NCBI GenBank assembly: GCA_047285805.1
Contig: JBJBCN010000003.1
Coordinates: 448,001 to 512,000 of the forward strand
Length of the DNA: 64,000 nucleotides
Source: Synechococcus sp.
GTDB lineage: Bacteria; Cyanobacteriota; Cyanobacteriia; PCC-6307; Cyanobiaceae
Direction of reading: 5' to 3'
Of the stretch, positions 1 through 10,747 are shown piece after piece. The notes under the pieces are model-generated. The model did no database searches and was not told where the DNA came from. It saw nothing but the letters and a program-made list of their open reading frames with translations. Within the stretch, counting starts at the first letter, position 1; every line of letters starts with the position of its first letter. The position numbers and the translations under genes are program-made.

Positions 1-59
1 CTGCTGGGAGTGGTGAGCGCGGCGGCTGGCTTTCACCTCAGCCGCCGCGTCTTTGACAC

Positions 60-527
60 CTAGGCGAGGGCTGCCTCGATGGCGCCCTTGAGCTCAGCGG
101 AGTCGGGCTCCACATCGCTCTTGAAGCGCTTGAGAACGGTGCCGTCTTTGCCGATGAGGAACTTCTCGAAATTCCAGGCCACAGCACCAGCCGGCTCGGC
201 CTGGGTCAGGGTGCTAAAGGGGGCATCACCGATGGCGACCTTGGCGTAGACGGGGAAGGTCACGCCGTAGTTGGTTGAGCAGAATTGCTTGATCTCTTCG
301 AGGCTTCCGGGTTCCTGGGCGCCGAAGTCATTGCACGGGAAGGCGATCACGCTGAAACCCTTGCTGCCGTAGGCCTCTTGCAGAGCCTGCAGGCCGGCGT
401 ACTGGCGGGTGAAACCGCAACGGCTGGCCACGTTCACGGCCAGCACCACCTGACCGTTCAGGTCGCCGAGGAGCTGCTGTTGGCCACTGCCGTCGGTTAC
501 CACAACATCGTTGACGCTGATGGCCAT
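60..527 (-). CDS. gpx: Glutathione peroxidase family protein (Cys-type)
   Basis: Motifs VNVASRCGFTRQY, FPCNDFGAQEPG and WNFEKFLIGKDG. Start taken at the ATG at 527 (MAISVND); the longer ORF is a shadow of mgtE. Confidence 0.93.
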   Translation of the reverse strand: MAISVNDVVVTDGSGQQQLLGDLNGQVVLAVNVASRCGFTRQYAGLQALQEAYGSKGFSVIAFPCNDFGAQEPGSLEEIKQFCSTNYGVTFPVYAKVAIGDAPFSTLTQAEPAGAVAWNFEKFLIGKDGTVLKRFKSDVEPDSAELKGAIEAALA

Positions 528-599
528 GGAATTGGTATGGAGGAGGCGGGACCCTAGCGGCCCTTCCCCATAAGATCGGCGTGTCGCAGCTGAGGGGCC

Positions 600-1985
600 A
601 TGAGCGAGGCGTCTGCTGCGGCGACGAATCCTGAGGTGTTTGTCCAGGAGCTGCGCGGGCTGCTGGAGGCAGGTAACTACGACGCGGTGAAGTTGCTGCT
701 GCGGCCCTTCCAAGAGGTGGACATCGCCGAAGCGATTGGTGGTTTGCCGCGCACGCTGCAGGCCCTGGCCTTTCGCTTGCTTCCCAAGGACGAAGCGATC
801 GCGGTTTACGAGTACCTTCAGCCCACGGTTCAGCAAACCCTGCTGGAGCGCTTGCGCTCCAGCGAAGTGCTCGAGCTCGTGGAGGAGATGTCTCCTGATG
901 ACAGGGTCGACCTTTTTGACGAGCTGCCCGCCAAGGTTGTTCGTCGACTGTTGGCGGAACTGAGCCCGGCGGAACGCCGGGTGACGGCACAGTTGCTCGG
1001 CTACGAGCCCGAGACGGCGGGCCGGTTGATGACGACGGAGTTCATCGACCTCAAGGAGTTCCACAGCGTGGCCCAGGCTCTCTCGATCGTCCGGCGCCGC
1101 GCCCGGGACACCGAGACGATCTATGCGCTCTACGTGACGGACGCCTCACGCCATCTGACCGGGATCCTTTCGCTGAGGGACCTGGTGGTGGCTGATCCGG
1201 AGCAGCGAGTGGGAGACGTTATGACGAGGGAGGTTGTCAGCGTTGGCACGGACACCGACCAGGAAGAGGTGGCCCGGGTGATCCAGCGCTACGACTTTTT
1301 GGCGGTCCCCGTTGTGGATCGCGAGGAGCGACTTGTGGGGATCGTCACCGTGGATGACGTGATCGATGTGATCCAGCAGGAGGCCACTCGGGACCTCTAT
1401 GCGGCAGGTGCGGTGCAGGCCGGCGACGAGGACGACTACTTCCAGAGCAATCTCTTCAGCGTCGCCCGGCGCCGTGTGGTCTGGCTGTTGGTCCTCTTGA
1501 TTGCCAACAGCGGCACGGCAGCTGTGATTGCTTCGATGGACGGGGTGCTGCAGCAGGTGGTGGTCCTAGCGGCGTTTATTCCCCTGCTGATTGGCACCGG
1601 GGGCAACGTCGGCGCCCAGAGCTCCACGGTGGTGATTCGCGGTTTGAGCACCCAGCGCATCCAGAGCCTGGGGCCAGCCCTGGCCATCGGCCGGGAAGCG
1701 ATTGCTGGGGCCCTGCTGGGACTGTTGATGGTGCTGGTGGTGGTGCCTTGGACGGCTTATGTAAGCGGAGGCAACTGGTTGGTGGCTTCGGCTGCTGGGA
1801 TCAGTCTCGTGGCGATCACGACCTTGGCGGCGACCGCTGGAGCTGCATTGCCGCTGCTTTTCAACAGCCTGGGCTTGGATCCCGCTCTCATGTCGGCCCC
1901 ATTCATTGCCACGGCAACAGATGTGGCAGGGGTTTTCATCTACCTGCAGACCGCGAACTGGCTGCTGACTCGGGCTTCGGGCTAA
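600..1985 (+). CDS. mgtE: Magnesium transporter MgtE
   Basis: ETAGRLMT, tandem CBS domains, and a TM domain with PLLIGTGGNVGAQ and DPALMSAPFIAT. Confidence 0.96.
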   Translation: MSEASAAATNPEVFVQELRGLLEAGNYDAVKLLLRPFQEVDIAEAIGGLPRTLQALAFRLLPKDEAIAVYEYLQPTVQQTLLERLRSSEVLELVEEMSPDDRVDLFDELPAKVVRRLLAELSPAERRVTAQLLGYEPETAGRLMTTEFIDLKEFHSVAQALSIVRRRARDTETIYALYVTDASRHLTGILSLRDLVVADPEQRVGDVMTREVVSVGTDTDQEEVARVIQRYDFLAVPVVDREERLVGIVTVDDVIDVIQQEATRDLYAAGAVQAGDEDDYFQSNLFSVARRRVVWLLVLLIANSGTAAVIASMDGVLQQVVVLAAFIPLLIGTGGNVGAQSSTVVIRGLSTQRIQSLGPALAIGREAIAGALLGLLMVLVVVPWTAYVSGGNWLVASAAGISLVAITTLAATAGAALPLLFNSLGLDPALMSAPFIATATDVAGVFIYLQTANWLLTRASG

Positions 1986-2007
1986 GGGATTTGGCTTCCT
2001 GAGAGTC

Positions 2008-2049
2008 GCTTTACACTTCTTTAGGGTAAGCTTTACATCAGTTCACGTT
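2008..2049 (+). promoter_or_regulatory. HLR1-like (RpaB-box) direct repeats upstream of sigma factor
   Basis: TTTACACT-tc-TTTAGGGT and TTTACATC-ag-TTCACGTT. The 10-bp period resembles (G/T)TTACA(T/A)(T/A)-N2 repeats. Confidence 0.4.
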
Positions 2050-2056
2050 TCGAGCC

Positions 2057-3079
2057 GTGGTCGTCGCAATCGCTTCGAGCCGACCCGCTACCGCTAACCG
2101 CGACACCGCGCTGGCCGGCGGTACGGATTTGGTGCGCTCGTACCTGCGGGACATCGGTCGGGTTCCGCTGCTCACCCACGAGCAGGAGATCACGCTGGGC
2201 CGTCAGGTCCAAGAGCTGGTGGCGCTGGAAGTGCTGGAGCAGGAGCTGGCGAGCCGTGAAGGCGTGGAGAAGCCCTCTCCTGCGGTGCTGGCCAAGGAAG
2301 CAGGCCTGACGCAGGTTCAGCTCAAGAAGCGTCAGCGCAGCGGTCAGCGGGCCAAGGAGCGGATGGTGGCGGCCAACTTGCGGTTGGTGGTGAGCGTGGC
2401 CAAGAAGTACACCAAGCGAAACATGGAGCTCTTGGACCTGATCCAGGAGGGAACCATTGGCCTGGTGCGTGGCGTGGAGAAGTTCGACCCGACCCGGGGC
2501 TACAAGTTCAGTACCTATGCGTACTGGTGGATCCGCCAGGGGATCACGCGTGCGATTGCGGAGAAGAGCCGCACGATCCGCTTGCCGATCCACATCACGG
2601 AGACCCTGAACAAGCTCAAGAAGGGCCAGAGGGAACTGAGCCAAGACCTTGGCCGTACCCCGACCGTGACGGAGTTGGCTGAGTTTGTCGACCTGCCGGA
2701 GGAGGAGGTGAAGGACCTGCTTTGCCGGGCCCGTCAGCCTGTGAGCCTGGAGACGAAGGTGGGCGATGGGGATGACACGGAGCTGCTGGACCTGCTGGCG
2801 GCCGATGACACCCAACCGTCTGAGCTGGTGGATGGCGAGTGCCTGCGGATGGATATGCGGGGCCTGCTGGACCAACTGCCGGACCTGCAGGGGCGCGTCC
2901 TGAAGATGCGCTACGCGATCCCCTGCCGCGATGTTCCCGATCCGGACGAGCCGATGAGTCTCACTGGTATCGGTCGGGTGCTCGGTATCAGCCGTGATCG
3001 TGTCCGCAACCTTGAGCGTGACGGCTTGGCGGGTCTGCGCCGTTTGAGCCAAAACGTCCAGGCCTACGTGGCGGTTTAA
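2057..3079 (+). CDS. Group 2 sigma-70 factor (RpoD/SigA family)
   Basis: DLVRSYLRDIGRVPLLTHEQEI, ANLRLVVSVAKKY, DLIQEG, GYKFSTYAYWWIRQGITRAIA, and a region 4 HTH. Confidence 0.95.
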   Translation: MVVAIASSRPATANRDTALAGGTDLVRSYLRDIGRVPLLTHEQEITLGRQVQELVALEVLEQELASREGVEKPSPAVLAKEAGLTQVQLKKRQRSGQRAKERMVAANLRLVVSVAKKYTKRNMELLDLIQEGTIGLVRGVEKFDPTRGYKFSTYAYWWIRQGITRAIAEKSRTIRLPIHITETLNKLKKGQRELSQDLGRTPTVTELAEFVDLPEEEVKDLLCRARQPVSLETKVGDGDDTELLDLLAADDTQPSELVDGECLRMDMRGLLDQLPDLQGRVLKMRYAIPCRDVPDPDEPMSLTGIGRVLGISRDRVRNLERDGLAGLRRLSQNVQAYVAV

Positions 3080-3113
3080 GGCTTACCCTCGGCCAACGCA
3101 TTCGGGTTCGAGT

Positions 3114-4883
3114 TTGAGTTCGACCAGGGAGCTTCTCCTCGGGATCGCTGGTCACCTCAGTGCGAGGCGGAAGCGACAGCTTGTTCTGCTGAGCTTGGTC
3201 ACATTGGCTTCCGCCGTCGCCGAGCTTTTCTCTTTGGGATCTGTACTGCCTTTTTTGGCGGTGCTTACTGAGCCTGAGCAGATCTGGAATTCTCGCTGGA
3301 TTCAGCAGTTAGCCCCGAAGCTTGGTTGGAGTTCTGCTTCTGAGCTCCTTGTACCTGCTGCTGGGATTTTTGCCTTTGCTGCAGTTACAGCTGCCTTAAT
3401 TCGTTTGGCCAATCTTTGGTTGGGGGGGCAACTCGCTGCTGCCATTGGCTCTGATCTGAGCTGTGAAGCCTACCGAAAGACGCTTTATCAGCCTTATTCC
3501 GTCCATGTAAAGCGCAACAGCAGTGCGGTCATTAATTCAGTGACTGGTCAAGTTGGTACAACGGTTGCGGCGATTAATCTCGTTCTTAAGACCAGTACCT
3601 CAACACTGGTTGCGATCTCCTTGTTAGTTGGTTTGCTTTGGATTGACTGGGCAGTTGCGTTGAGTGCGGTTTGCTTGTTTGGGGGTTCGTACACCCTCAT
3701 CGGCTTTTTTAGTCGTCGAGCCCTCTTGATTAATGGACGCATTATTAACGATTCAAGAGCCGAAGTACTTAAGTCTCTTCAGGAGGGGCTTGGCGCTATT
3801 CGTGATGTGATTTTGGATGGCACACACGACCTTTATTTGGATGTCTATGGACGTTCCGATTGGCCTCAGCGTCAGCATAAGGCGAAAAATGAGTTTCTTT
3901 CTATCTTTCCCCGATTCTGTCTCGAGGCATTGGGTTTGATTGCGATTGCCATTTTGGCAACCGTCTTGACTGTTCAGAAAGGCGGAGGTGCAGCGGCTTT
4001 GCCAGTTCTTGGTGCTTTTGCTTTAGGCGCTCAAAGGCTCTTGCCTGTGATGCAGCAAGCATATTCAGGCTGGTCAAGCCTTAAGGGTTTCTCGACTGAT
4101 TTAGAAGGGGTTTTGAAAATACTCGACCAGCCATTGCCTCCAGCATTAAAGATTGCAGCCAAGTTTTCCTTTAGGGCTGGTGTTGTTTTTAGTGGTGTTG
4201 GTTTCTCGTATGGGGAGGAAACCGCACGAGTCTTGAAAGATGTGTCTATTGGGATCGATCTTGGTCAACGTGTTGGATTCATTGGCTCGACCGGCAGTGG
4301 TAAAAGCACTGTTGTCGATTTGCTGATGGGCTTGTTGTCTCCAACGCAAGGTCAAATTCTTGTAGACGGACTTGATCTTCATGACCCTGGTCATCCCGAG
4401 CGGCTTTTAGCCTGGCGCTCAGCGATAGCACATGTTCCACAAAGCATTTATCTGGCTGATAGCTCCATCGCAGAAAACATTGCCTTTGGGGTTTCGAAAG
4501 AGAAAATCGACTTTGACCGTGTCCGATTGGCTGCGCAGCAAGCTCAGATCGCATCGTTTATCGAAGCGAGCCCTGACGGGTACGCCACTTTTGTTGGTGA
4601 GCGAGGGATTCGTCTCAGCGGTGGCCAGCGGCAGCGACTTGGGATTGCTCGGGCTCTCTACAAACAGGCTCAAGTCTTGATACTGGATGAAGCGACGAGC
4701 GCCTTGGATAACGCCACCGAGCAGGCGGTGATGAATGCGATCAATCAACTGGATCGCAATCTCACCGTCGTGATGATTGCCCACCGGTTGAGCACTGTCG
4801 CGAAATGTGATCACGTCATCCGTTTGGACCATGGGCATGTTGTTGCTGACGGACCGCCATCAGAGGTTTTGCCCCAGGCTTGA
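3114..4883 (+). CDS. ABC exporter, fused TMD-NBD (PglK/HepA/MsbA-like)
   Basis: N-terminal hydrophobic helices, Walker A GSTGSGKS, signature LSGGQRQR, Walker B LILDEATSALD, and IAHRLST. Confidence 0.9.
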   Translation: MSSTRELLLGIAGHLSARRKRQLVLLSLVTLASAVAELFSLGSVLPFLAVLTEPEQIWNSRWIQQLAPKLGWSSASELLVPAAGIFAFAAVTAALIRLANLWLGGQLAAAIGSDLSCEAYRKTLYQPYSVHVKRNSSAVINSVTGQVGTTVAAINLVLKTSTSTLVAISLLVGLLWIDWAVALSAVCLFGGSYTLIGFFSRRALLINGRIINDSRAEVLKSLQEGLGAIRDVILDGTHDLYLDVYGRSDWPQRQHKAKNEFLSIFPRFCLEALGLIAIAILATVLTVQKGGGAAALPVLGAFALGAQRLLPVMQQAYSGWSSLKGFSTDLEGVLKILDQPLPPALKIAAKFSFRAGVVFSGVGFSYGEETARVLKDVSIGIDLGQRVGFIGSTGSGKSTVVDLLMGLLSPTQGQILVDGLDLHDPGHPERLLAWRSAIAHVPQSIYLADSSIAENIAFGVSKEKIDFDRVRLAAQQAQIASFIEASPDGYATFVGERGIRLSGGQRQRLGIARALYKQAQVLILDEATSALDNATEQAVMNAINQLDRNLTVVMIAHRLSTVAKCDHVIRLDHGHVVADGPPSEVLPQA

Positions 4884-6034
4884 GAGTTCCAACCTCTTTG
4901 AGTGCCGACGAGGCATCTGTTCTGCGCCACAAGCTTTTGAGTTGGTGGCACGCTCATGGCCGCCACGACATTCCTTGGAAGCGCTCCGCTCAGGGTGTCT
5001 TGCCCAAGCGTGGTGAGGAGCTGAATCTCTATCCGATCTGGGTCGCGGAGGTCATGCTTCAGCAGACCCAGCTGCAAGTCGTTCTGCCCTACTGGCGGCG
5101 CTGGATGGAGAGATTCCCAACGCTGCAATCCTTGGCCGCTGCGGATGAACAGGAGGTTCTTCTGCTTTGGCAGGGCCTTGGCTACTACTCCCGAGCCCGC
5201 CGGTTGCATCAAGGAGCGCAGCAGTGGGCGGCGCGTCCTGGTCTCGCTTGGCCACGAGACTTGGAGACCTGGTTGACCCTGCCGGGTATCGGTCTGAGTA
5301 CCGCCGGCAGCATTCTCTCCTCGGCGTTTGATCTGCCGTTCCCAATTCTGGACGGCAATGTCAAACGGGTTCTCTCCCGCCTGATCGCCAGTGCTCAGCC
5401 GCCCATGCGCAACAGCAAAGCGCTCTGGCAGTTGAGTGCTGTACTCCTAGATCCTAAGCAGCCCCGCTCCTTCAACCAAGCCCTGATGGATCTGGGGGCC
5501 ACGGTCTGCACTCCCAAGAGCCCCAGCTGCCCACAGTGCCCTTGGATCGAGCAGTGCGCTGCCTACGCTTCCGGCGATCCAGCCGCCTATCCCGTGAAGG
5601 AAGCCCCGCGAGAATTGCCCTTTCAGGTCATCGGCGTAGGCGTGGTGCTCAACGACGCCGGCGAGGTGTTGATTGATCAGCGCCTGAATGAGGGTCTGCT
5701 GGGCGGGCTCTGGGAGTTCCCGGGGGGGAAGCAGGAACCTGGCGAGGCCATTGAGGCCACAATTTGCCGCGAGTTGCAGGAGGAGCTAGCGATTGAGGTC
5801 GACGTCCGGGAAGAGTTGATCAGCCTGGATCACGCCTACAGCCACAAGCGACTGCGGTTTGTTGTGCACCTCTGCCAGTGGCGCGCAGGTGAGCCGCAGC
5901 CCTTGGCCTCATTGCAGGTGCGTTGGGTGAAGCCCCTCCAGCTCAGCGATTTTCCCTTCCCAGCAGCTAATGCACGGATCATTGCCGCATTACTGGAGCG
6001 TCTCCACCCTGAGGAGGGACCCGACGCGGCATGA
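4880..6034 (+). CDS. mutY: A/G-specific adenine glycosylase MutY with C-terminal Nudix domain
   Basis: WVAEVMLQQTQ, WQGLGYYSRAR, LPGIG HhH motif, ILDGNVKRV, Fe-S motif CTPKSPSCPQCP..C, and Nudix box GGKQEPGE..RELQEE. Confidence 0.95.
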   Translation: MRVPTSLSADEASVLRHKLLSWWHAHGRHDIPWKRSAQGVLPKRGEELNLYPIWVAEVMLQQTQLQVVLPYWRRWMERFPTLQSLAAADEQEVLLLWQGLGYYSRARRLHQGAQQWAARPGLAWPRDLETWLTLPGIGLSTAGSILSSAFDLPFPILDGNVKRVLSRLIASAQPPMRNSKALWQLSAVLLDPKQPRSFNQALMDLGATVCTPKSPSCPQCPWIEQCAAYASGDPAAYPVKEAPRELPFQVIGVGVVLNDAGEVLIDQRLNEGLLGGLWEFPGGKQEPGEAIEATICRELQEELAIEVDVREELISLDHAYSHKRLRFVVHLCQWRAGEPQPLASLQVRWVKPLQLSDFPFPAANARIIAALLERLHPEEGPDAA

Positions 6035-6037
6035 TCG

Positions 6038-7039
6038 ATGAATCCAGCCCCGAAGGTGATTTGTCTGGGCGAGGCCCTGGTGGATCGATTAGGGCCCCTG
6101 GGCGGAGATCCAGCGACGGCACCACTGGATCAGTGCGATGACCGATTGGGAGGGGCTCCGGCGAATGTTGCCTGTGCCTTGGCACGTTTAGGAACCCCCT
6201 CGGCGTTCGTGGGTCGGTTGGGATGGGATGCCATTGGGGAGGCCTTCGAACGGTTGATGGCGAGCCGGGGCGTGGGGCTCGTCGGGTTGCAACGGGATGC
6301 CACGCGCCCCAGTCGCGTTGTTTTGGTGCGGCGCTACGCCGACGGGGAAAGGGTCTTCCAGGGATTTGCTGGCGATCAAGGTCAGGGGTTTTCGGATCAG
6401 GCCCTGGATTGCTCAGCGCTGCAAGCGGCTTGGCCCGCCATAGCGGCTCAAGCCCAGTGGCTCCTGGTGGGTACGATTCCGCTAGCCACAGAGCCATCCG
6501 CTGAAAGCCTGCGCTGGGCCGTGGATCAGGCAAAGGGCGCAGGCGTGCGGATTGCCTTGGATGTCAATTGGCGCCCCACCTTCTGGGATGAACGCCGCGA
6601 TCCCTCTGCTGGTCCGGACGCGGCAGCCTTGAGCGCCATGCAATCTGTGGTGGCTGCGGCATCGCTCCTCAAGCTGGCTAAGGAAGAGGCTCTCTGGCTG
6701 TTTGGCAGTGCTGATCCGAGCGTGATCTCAGCGGGTCTTCCCCAAGCCCCCGATGTGGTGGTCACCGATGGCAGGAACCCAGTGCGTTGGCATTTAGGTC
6801 TCGAGTCCGGGGTGCTTGAAGCCTTGGCCCCCCCCCAGGTAGTGGACACCACGGGAGCGGGTGATGCCTTCAGTTCCGCTCTGCTGCACCAGCTAGTGCA
6901 GCAGAGCGGAGCGCAGCCTGTGCCCCCTGAGCAGATGCTGCGTTTTGCCGCCGCCTGTGGTGCCTTGGTCTGTGGGGGAGCAGGGGCGATCGATCCCCAG
7001 CCCGATGCGGCTGCGGTGCTGGAATTTCTGCAGCGCTAG
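6038..7039 (+). CDS. PfkB family carbohydrate kinase (fructokinase-like)
   Basis: GGAPANVACALARLG, DVNWRPTFW and VDTTGAGDAF. Confidence 0.92.
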   Translation: MNPAPKVICLGEALVDRLGPLGGDPATAPLDQCDDRLGGAPANVACALARLGTPSAFVGRLGWDAIGEAFERLMASRGVGLVGLQRDATRPSRVVLVRRYADGERVFQGFAGDQGQGFSDQALDCSALQAAWPAIAAQAQWLLVGTIPLATEPSAESLRWAVDQAKGAGVRIALDVNWRPTFWDERRDPSAGPDAAALSAMQSVVAAASLLKLAKEEALWLFGSADPSVISAGLPQAPDVVVTDGRNPVRWHLGLESGVLEALAPPQVVDTTGAGDAFSSALLHQLVQQSGAQPVPPEQMLRFAAACGALVCGGAGAIDPQPDAAAVLEFLQR

Positions 7040-7488
7040 CGTTGCAGCCGGGCCAGCCTTCCAGCATCGGGATCGTCAGGATCCAGCAGGTCCAAGTGCA
7101 GGGTCCAGGCGTCCTCGGGCTGAAAGCTCAGGCGTTCGGGCCACTCCACAGCCATCAAGGCGCCGAGCGCTTGGGCCTCCTCCTCTTCTTGGCAGAAGAG
7201 CTCATCAGCGGAGGCACTCTGCTCGAGGCGATAGAGGTCGAGATGGACCAAGGCGGCGGCCTGTCCTTGGTAGTGCTGCGCTAATGCAAAGGTCGGGCTG
7301 GTGATGGATTCATCGATCTCGAGAGCAAGGGCAATCCCTTGCACCAGAGAGGTTTTGCCGGCTCCCAAATCCCCCTCCAGCAAGAGGATGGGCCTGGGCT
7401 GCGGTAGCGCGAGCCAGTCCATGGCTAGTTGGCGGCCAAGGTTCTGGGTGGCCGTCGCATCCGCTAACTGCACGCCTTGTTGTTGCAT
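7036..7488 (-). CDS. tsaE: t6A biosynthesis ATPase TsaE
   Basis: [23 protein letters not shown] and AVEWPE. Start is approximate. Confidence 0.93.
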   Translation of the reverse strand: MQQQGVQLADATATQNLGRQLAMDWLALPQPRPILLLEGDLGAGKTSLVQGIALALEIDESITSPTFALAQHYQGQAAALVHLDLYRLEQSASADELFCQEEEEAQALGALMAVEWPERLSFQPEDAWTLHLDLLDPDDPDAGRLARLQR

Positions 7489-7604
7489 CGTCACTAGATT
7501 GGGACCAAGCGAGCCCGAAGCCTCGGCGTCTCTGCAGATATTCCACACCTCTTGCCAAGCCACGGTCTGGGCTGGCGAGGGCTTTCACCACAAGAACATC
7601 AACC

Positions 7605-9032
<1,428 letters not shown>

Positions 9033-9045
9033 GCCCGGGTACAAC

Positions 9046-9110
9046 AAAGCCCCTCATCAAGAGGGGCTTCCCATCCCGAAGCCTGGTCTGAAATGGACCG
9101 GGATTTTTTG
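9046..9110. terminator. Two intrinsic terminator hairpins between convergent ahcY and ssb
   Basis: aagcccctc-atcaa-gaggggctt has a U-tract on the minus strand. cctggtct-gaaat-ggaccggg is followed by attttttg on the plus strand. Confidence 0.7.
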
Positions 9111-9123
9111 CGCTTGAGGCTCC

Positions 9124-9513
9124 TTAGAACGGCACTTCGTCTTCGCTGGGGGCGCCGCCACCGAAGCTGCCACCGCCATAGCCATTGGACTCGGCGTCAC
9201 GCTTGGAGCCCAGCAGTTCGAGGCGATCGACGCGGACCACGGGCTTGCTGCGCTCCTCACCGCTGTTGCGGTCCGTCCAGCGGTCCAGCTTGAAGCTGCC
9301 GATGATGCCGAGGAGGGAGCCTTTGCGGACGTAGTCGGCGGCCACCTGGGCCTGCTTCCCCCAGATCTCCAGGTTGAACCAGTCGGGCTCGTCGTTGTTG
9401 CTGCGGCGATTCACCGCAATGGTCAGGTTGGCCACCATGCTGCCGGACTCGAAGTAGCGCACTTCGGGGTCACGGCCAGCTCGGCCGACCAGGGTGACGG
9501 AATTGACGCCCAT
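9124..9513 (-). CDS. ssb: Single-stranded DNA-binding protein
   Basis: MGVNSVTLVGRAGRDPEVRYFESG and acidic tail EDEVPF. Confidence 0.96.
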   Translation of the reverse strand: MGVNSVTLVGRAGRDPEVRYFESGSMVANLTIAVNRRSNNDEPDWFNLEIWGKQAQVAADYVRKGSLLGIIGSFKLDRWTDRNSGEERSKPVVRVDRLELLGSKRDAESNGYGGGSFGGGAPSEDEVPF

Positions 9514-9695
9514 GGCGTTCTCCTGCGTTTGCGTTGGATTAATGATGCAGGCCCCGGGAGGGGAGCATCGAGGTGAGAGTTCCACCCTTTGCCCCGGATG
9601 CGTCACCACTGCCGTACAACCCCAGTTGCGGCTTGGGTCTTGCAGGGTGTCAGATCGCAGGATCTACCTATGCTTTGACGGGGTTGGGGGCGTCT

Positions 9696-10742
9696 GTGTT
9701 CTTCAAACGTTTCCAGCTGTCCCGCGACATCGGCATTGATCTCGGGACGGCGAACACCCTGATGTACATCAGCGGTAAGGGGATCGTCCTGCAGGAACCC
9801 TCCGTCGTGGCGATTGACCTGGACCGGGGGGTGCTCCTGACGGTGGGTGACGAGGCCAAGCTGATGCTGGGCCGCACCCCTGGAAACATCCGCGCGGTGC
9901 GCCCTCTCCGTGATGGCGTTATCGCTGATTTCGACGCTGCCGAGCAGATGATCAAGACCTTCATTCAGAAAGGGAATCAGGGCCGTGGCGTCGTGGCGCC
10001 CCGTTTGGTCATCGGCATCCCCAGTGGTGTGACCGGTGTCGAGCGCCGCGCGGTGCGCGAAGCCGGCTTGGCGGGGGCCCGCAATGTTCATTTGATTGAG
10101 GAGCCCGTCGCGGCCGCGATAGGGGCGGGTCTACCGGTCACTGAGCCCGTGGGCACGATGATTGTCGATATCGGCGGCGGCACCACGGAGGTGGCCGTGC
10201 TGTCACTGAGTGGAACGGTGCTCAGTGAGTCTGTGCGGGTCGCCGGCGATGAGCTCAGCGATTCGATCAGCTCTTATCTCAAAAAGGTGCACAACCTGGT
10301 TGTTGGCGAGCGGACCGCTGAGGAGATCAAGATCCGGATTGGTTCGGCGTTCCCCGACGACGCTCACGACGAGTCGAAAATGGATGTCCGGGGTTTGCAC
10401 CTGCTCTCGGGCTTGCCCCGCACGATTCCCGTGTGCGCCGGAGATATCCGCGAGGCGATGGCGGAACCCCTCAACGTGATCGTCGAGGCCGTGAAGCGGA
10501 CCTTGGAGCGCACGCCTCCGGAGTTGGCGGCCGACATCGTCGACCGGGGCATCGTGCTAGCAGGCGGCGGCGCTTTGGTCCGCGGTATCACCGACCTGAT
10601 TAGCCACGAGACCGGGATCTTGGTGCACATCGCTGACGACCCCTTGCTTTGTGTGGTCAACGGTTGTGGCCGCGTGATCGAGGACTACCAGCGCCTTGAG
10701 CGGGTGCTCGATACTCCTGACTTCAGCAGGCTGAGCACGTGA
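9696..10742 (+). CDS. mreB: Rod shape-determining protein MreB
   Basis: DIGIDLGTANT, RPLRDGVIADFD and VDIGGGTTEVAV. GTG start inferred. Confidence 0.96.
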   Translation: MFFKRFQLSRDIGIDLGTANTLMYISGKGIVLQEPSVVAIDLDRGVLLTVGDEAKLMLGRTPGNIRAVRPLRDGVIADFDAAEQMIKTFIQKGNQGRGVVAPRLVIGIPSGVTGVERRAVREAGLAGARNVHLIEEPVAAAIGAGLPVTEPVGTMIVDIGGGTTEVAVLSLSGTVLSESVRVAGDELSDSISSYLKKVHNLVVGERTAEEIKIRIGSAFPDDAHDESKMDVRGLHLLSGLPRTIPVCAGDIREAMAEPLNVIVEAVKRTLERTPPELAADIVDRGIVLAGGGALVRGITDLISHETGILVHIADDPLLCVVNGCGRVIEDYQRLERVLDTPDFSRLST

Positions 10743-10747
10743 AACCG

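Noticed and set aside
400..440. Possible selenocysteine in Gpx
   Set aside because: The active site is Cys (ASRCG) with no in-frame TGA.
528..1064. N-terminal extension of the 334-aa minus-strand ORF
   Set aside because: Antisense shadow of mgtE; only the part from 527 is Gpx.
2033..3052. Long antisense ORFs (also 8046-9047, 58881-60332, 59171-60229 and others)
   Set aside because: They lie opposite well-supported genes, are expected in high-GC DNA, and show no motifs.
6828..6836. C9 homopolymer in the PfkB kinase as a phase-variation tract
   Set aside because: In frame (Ala-Pro-Pro-Gln) in a GC-rich housekeeping gene; no evidence of slippage.
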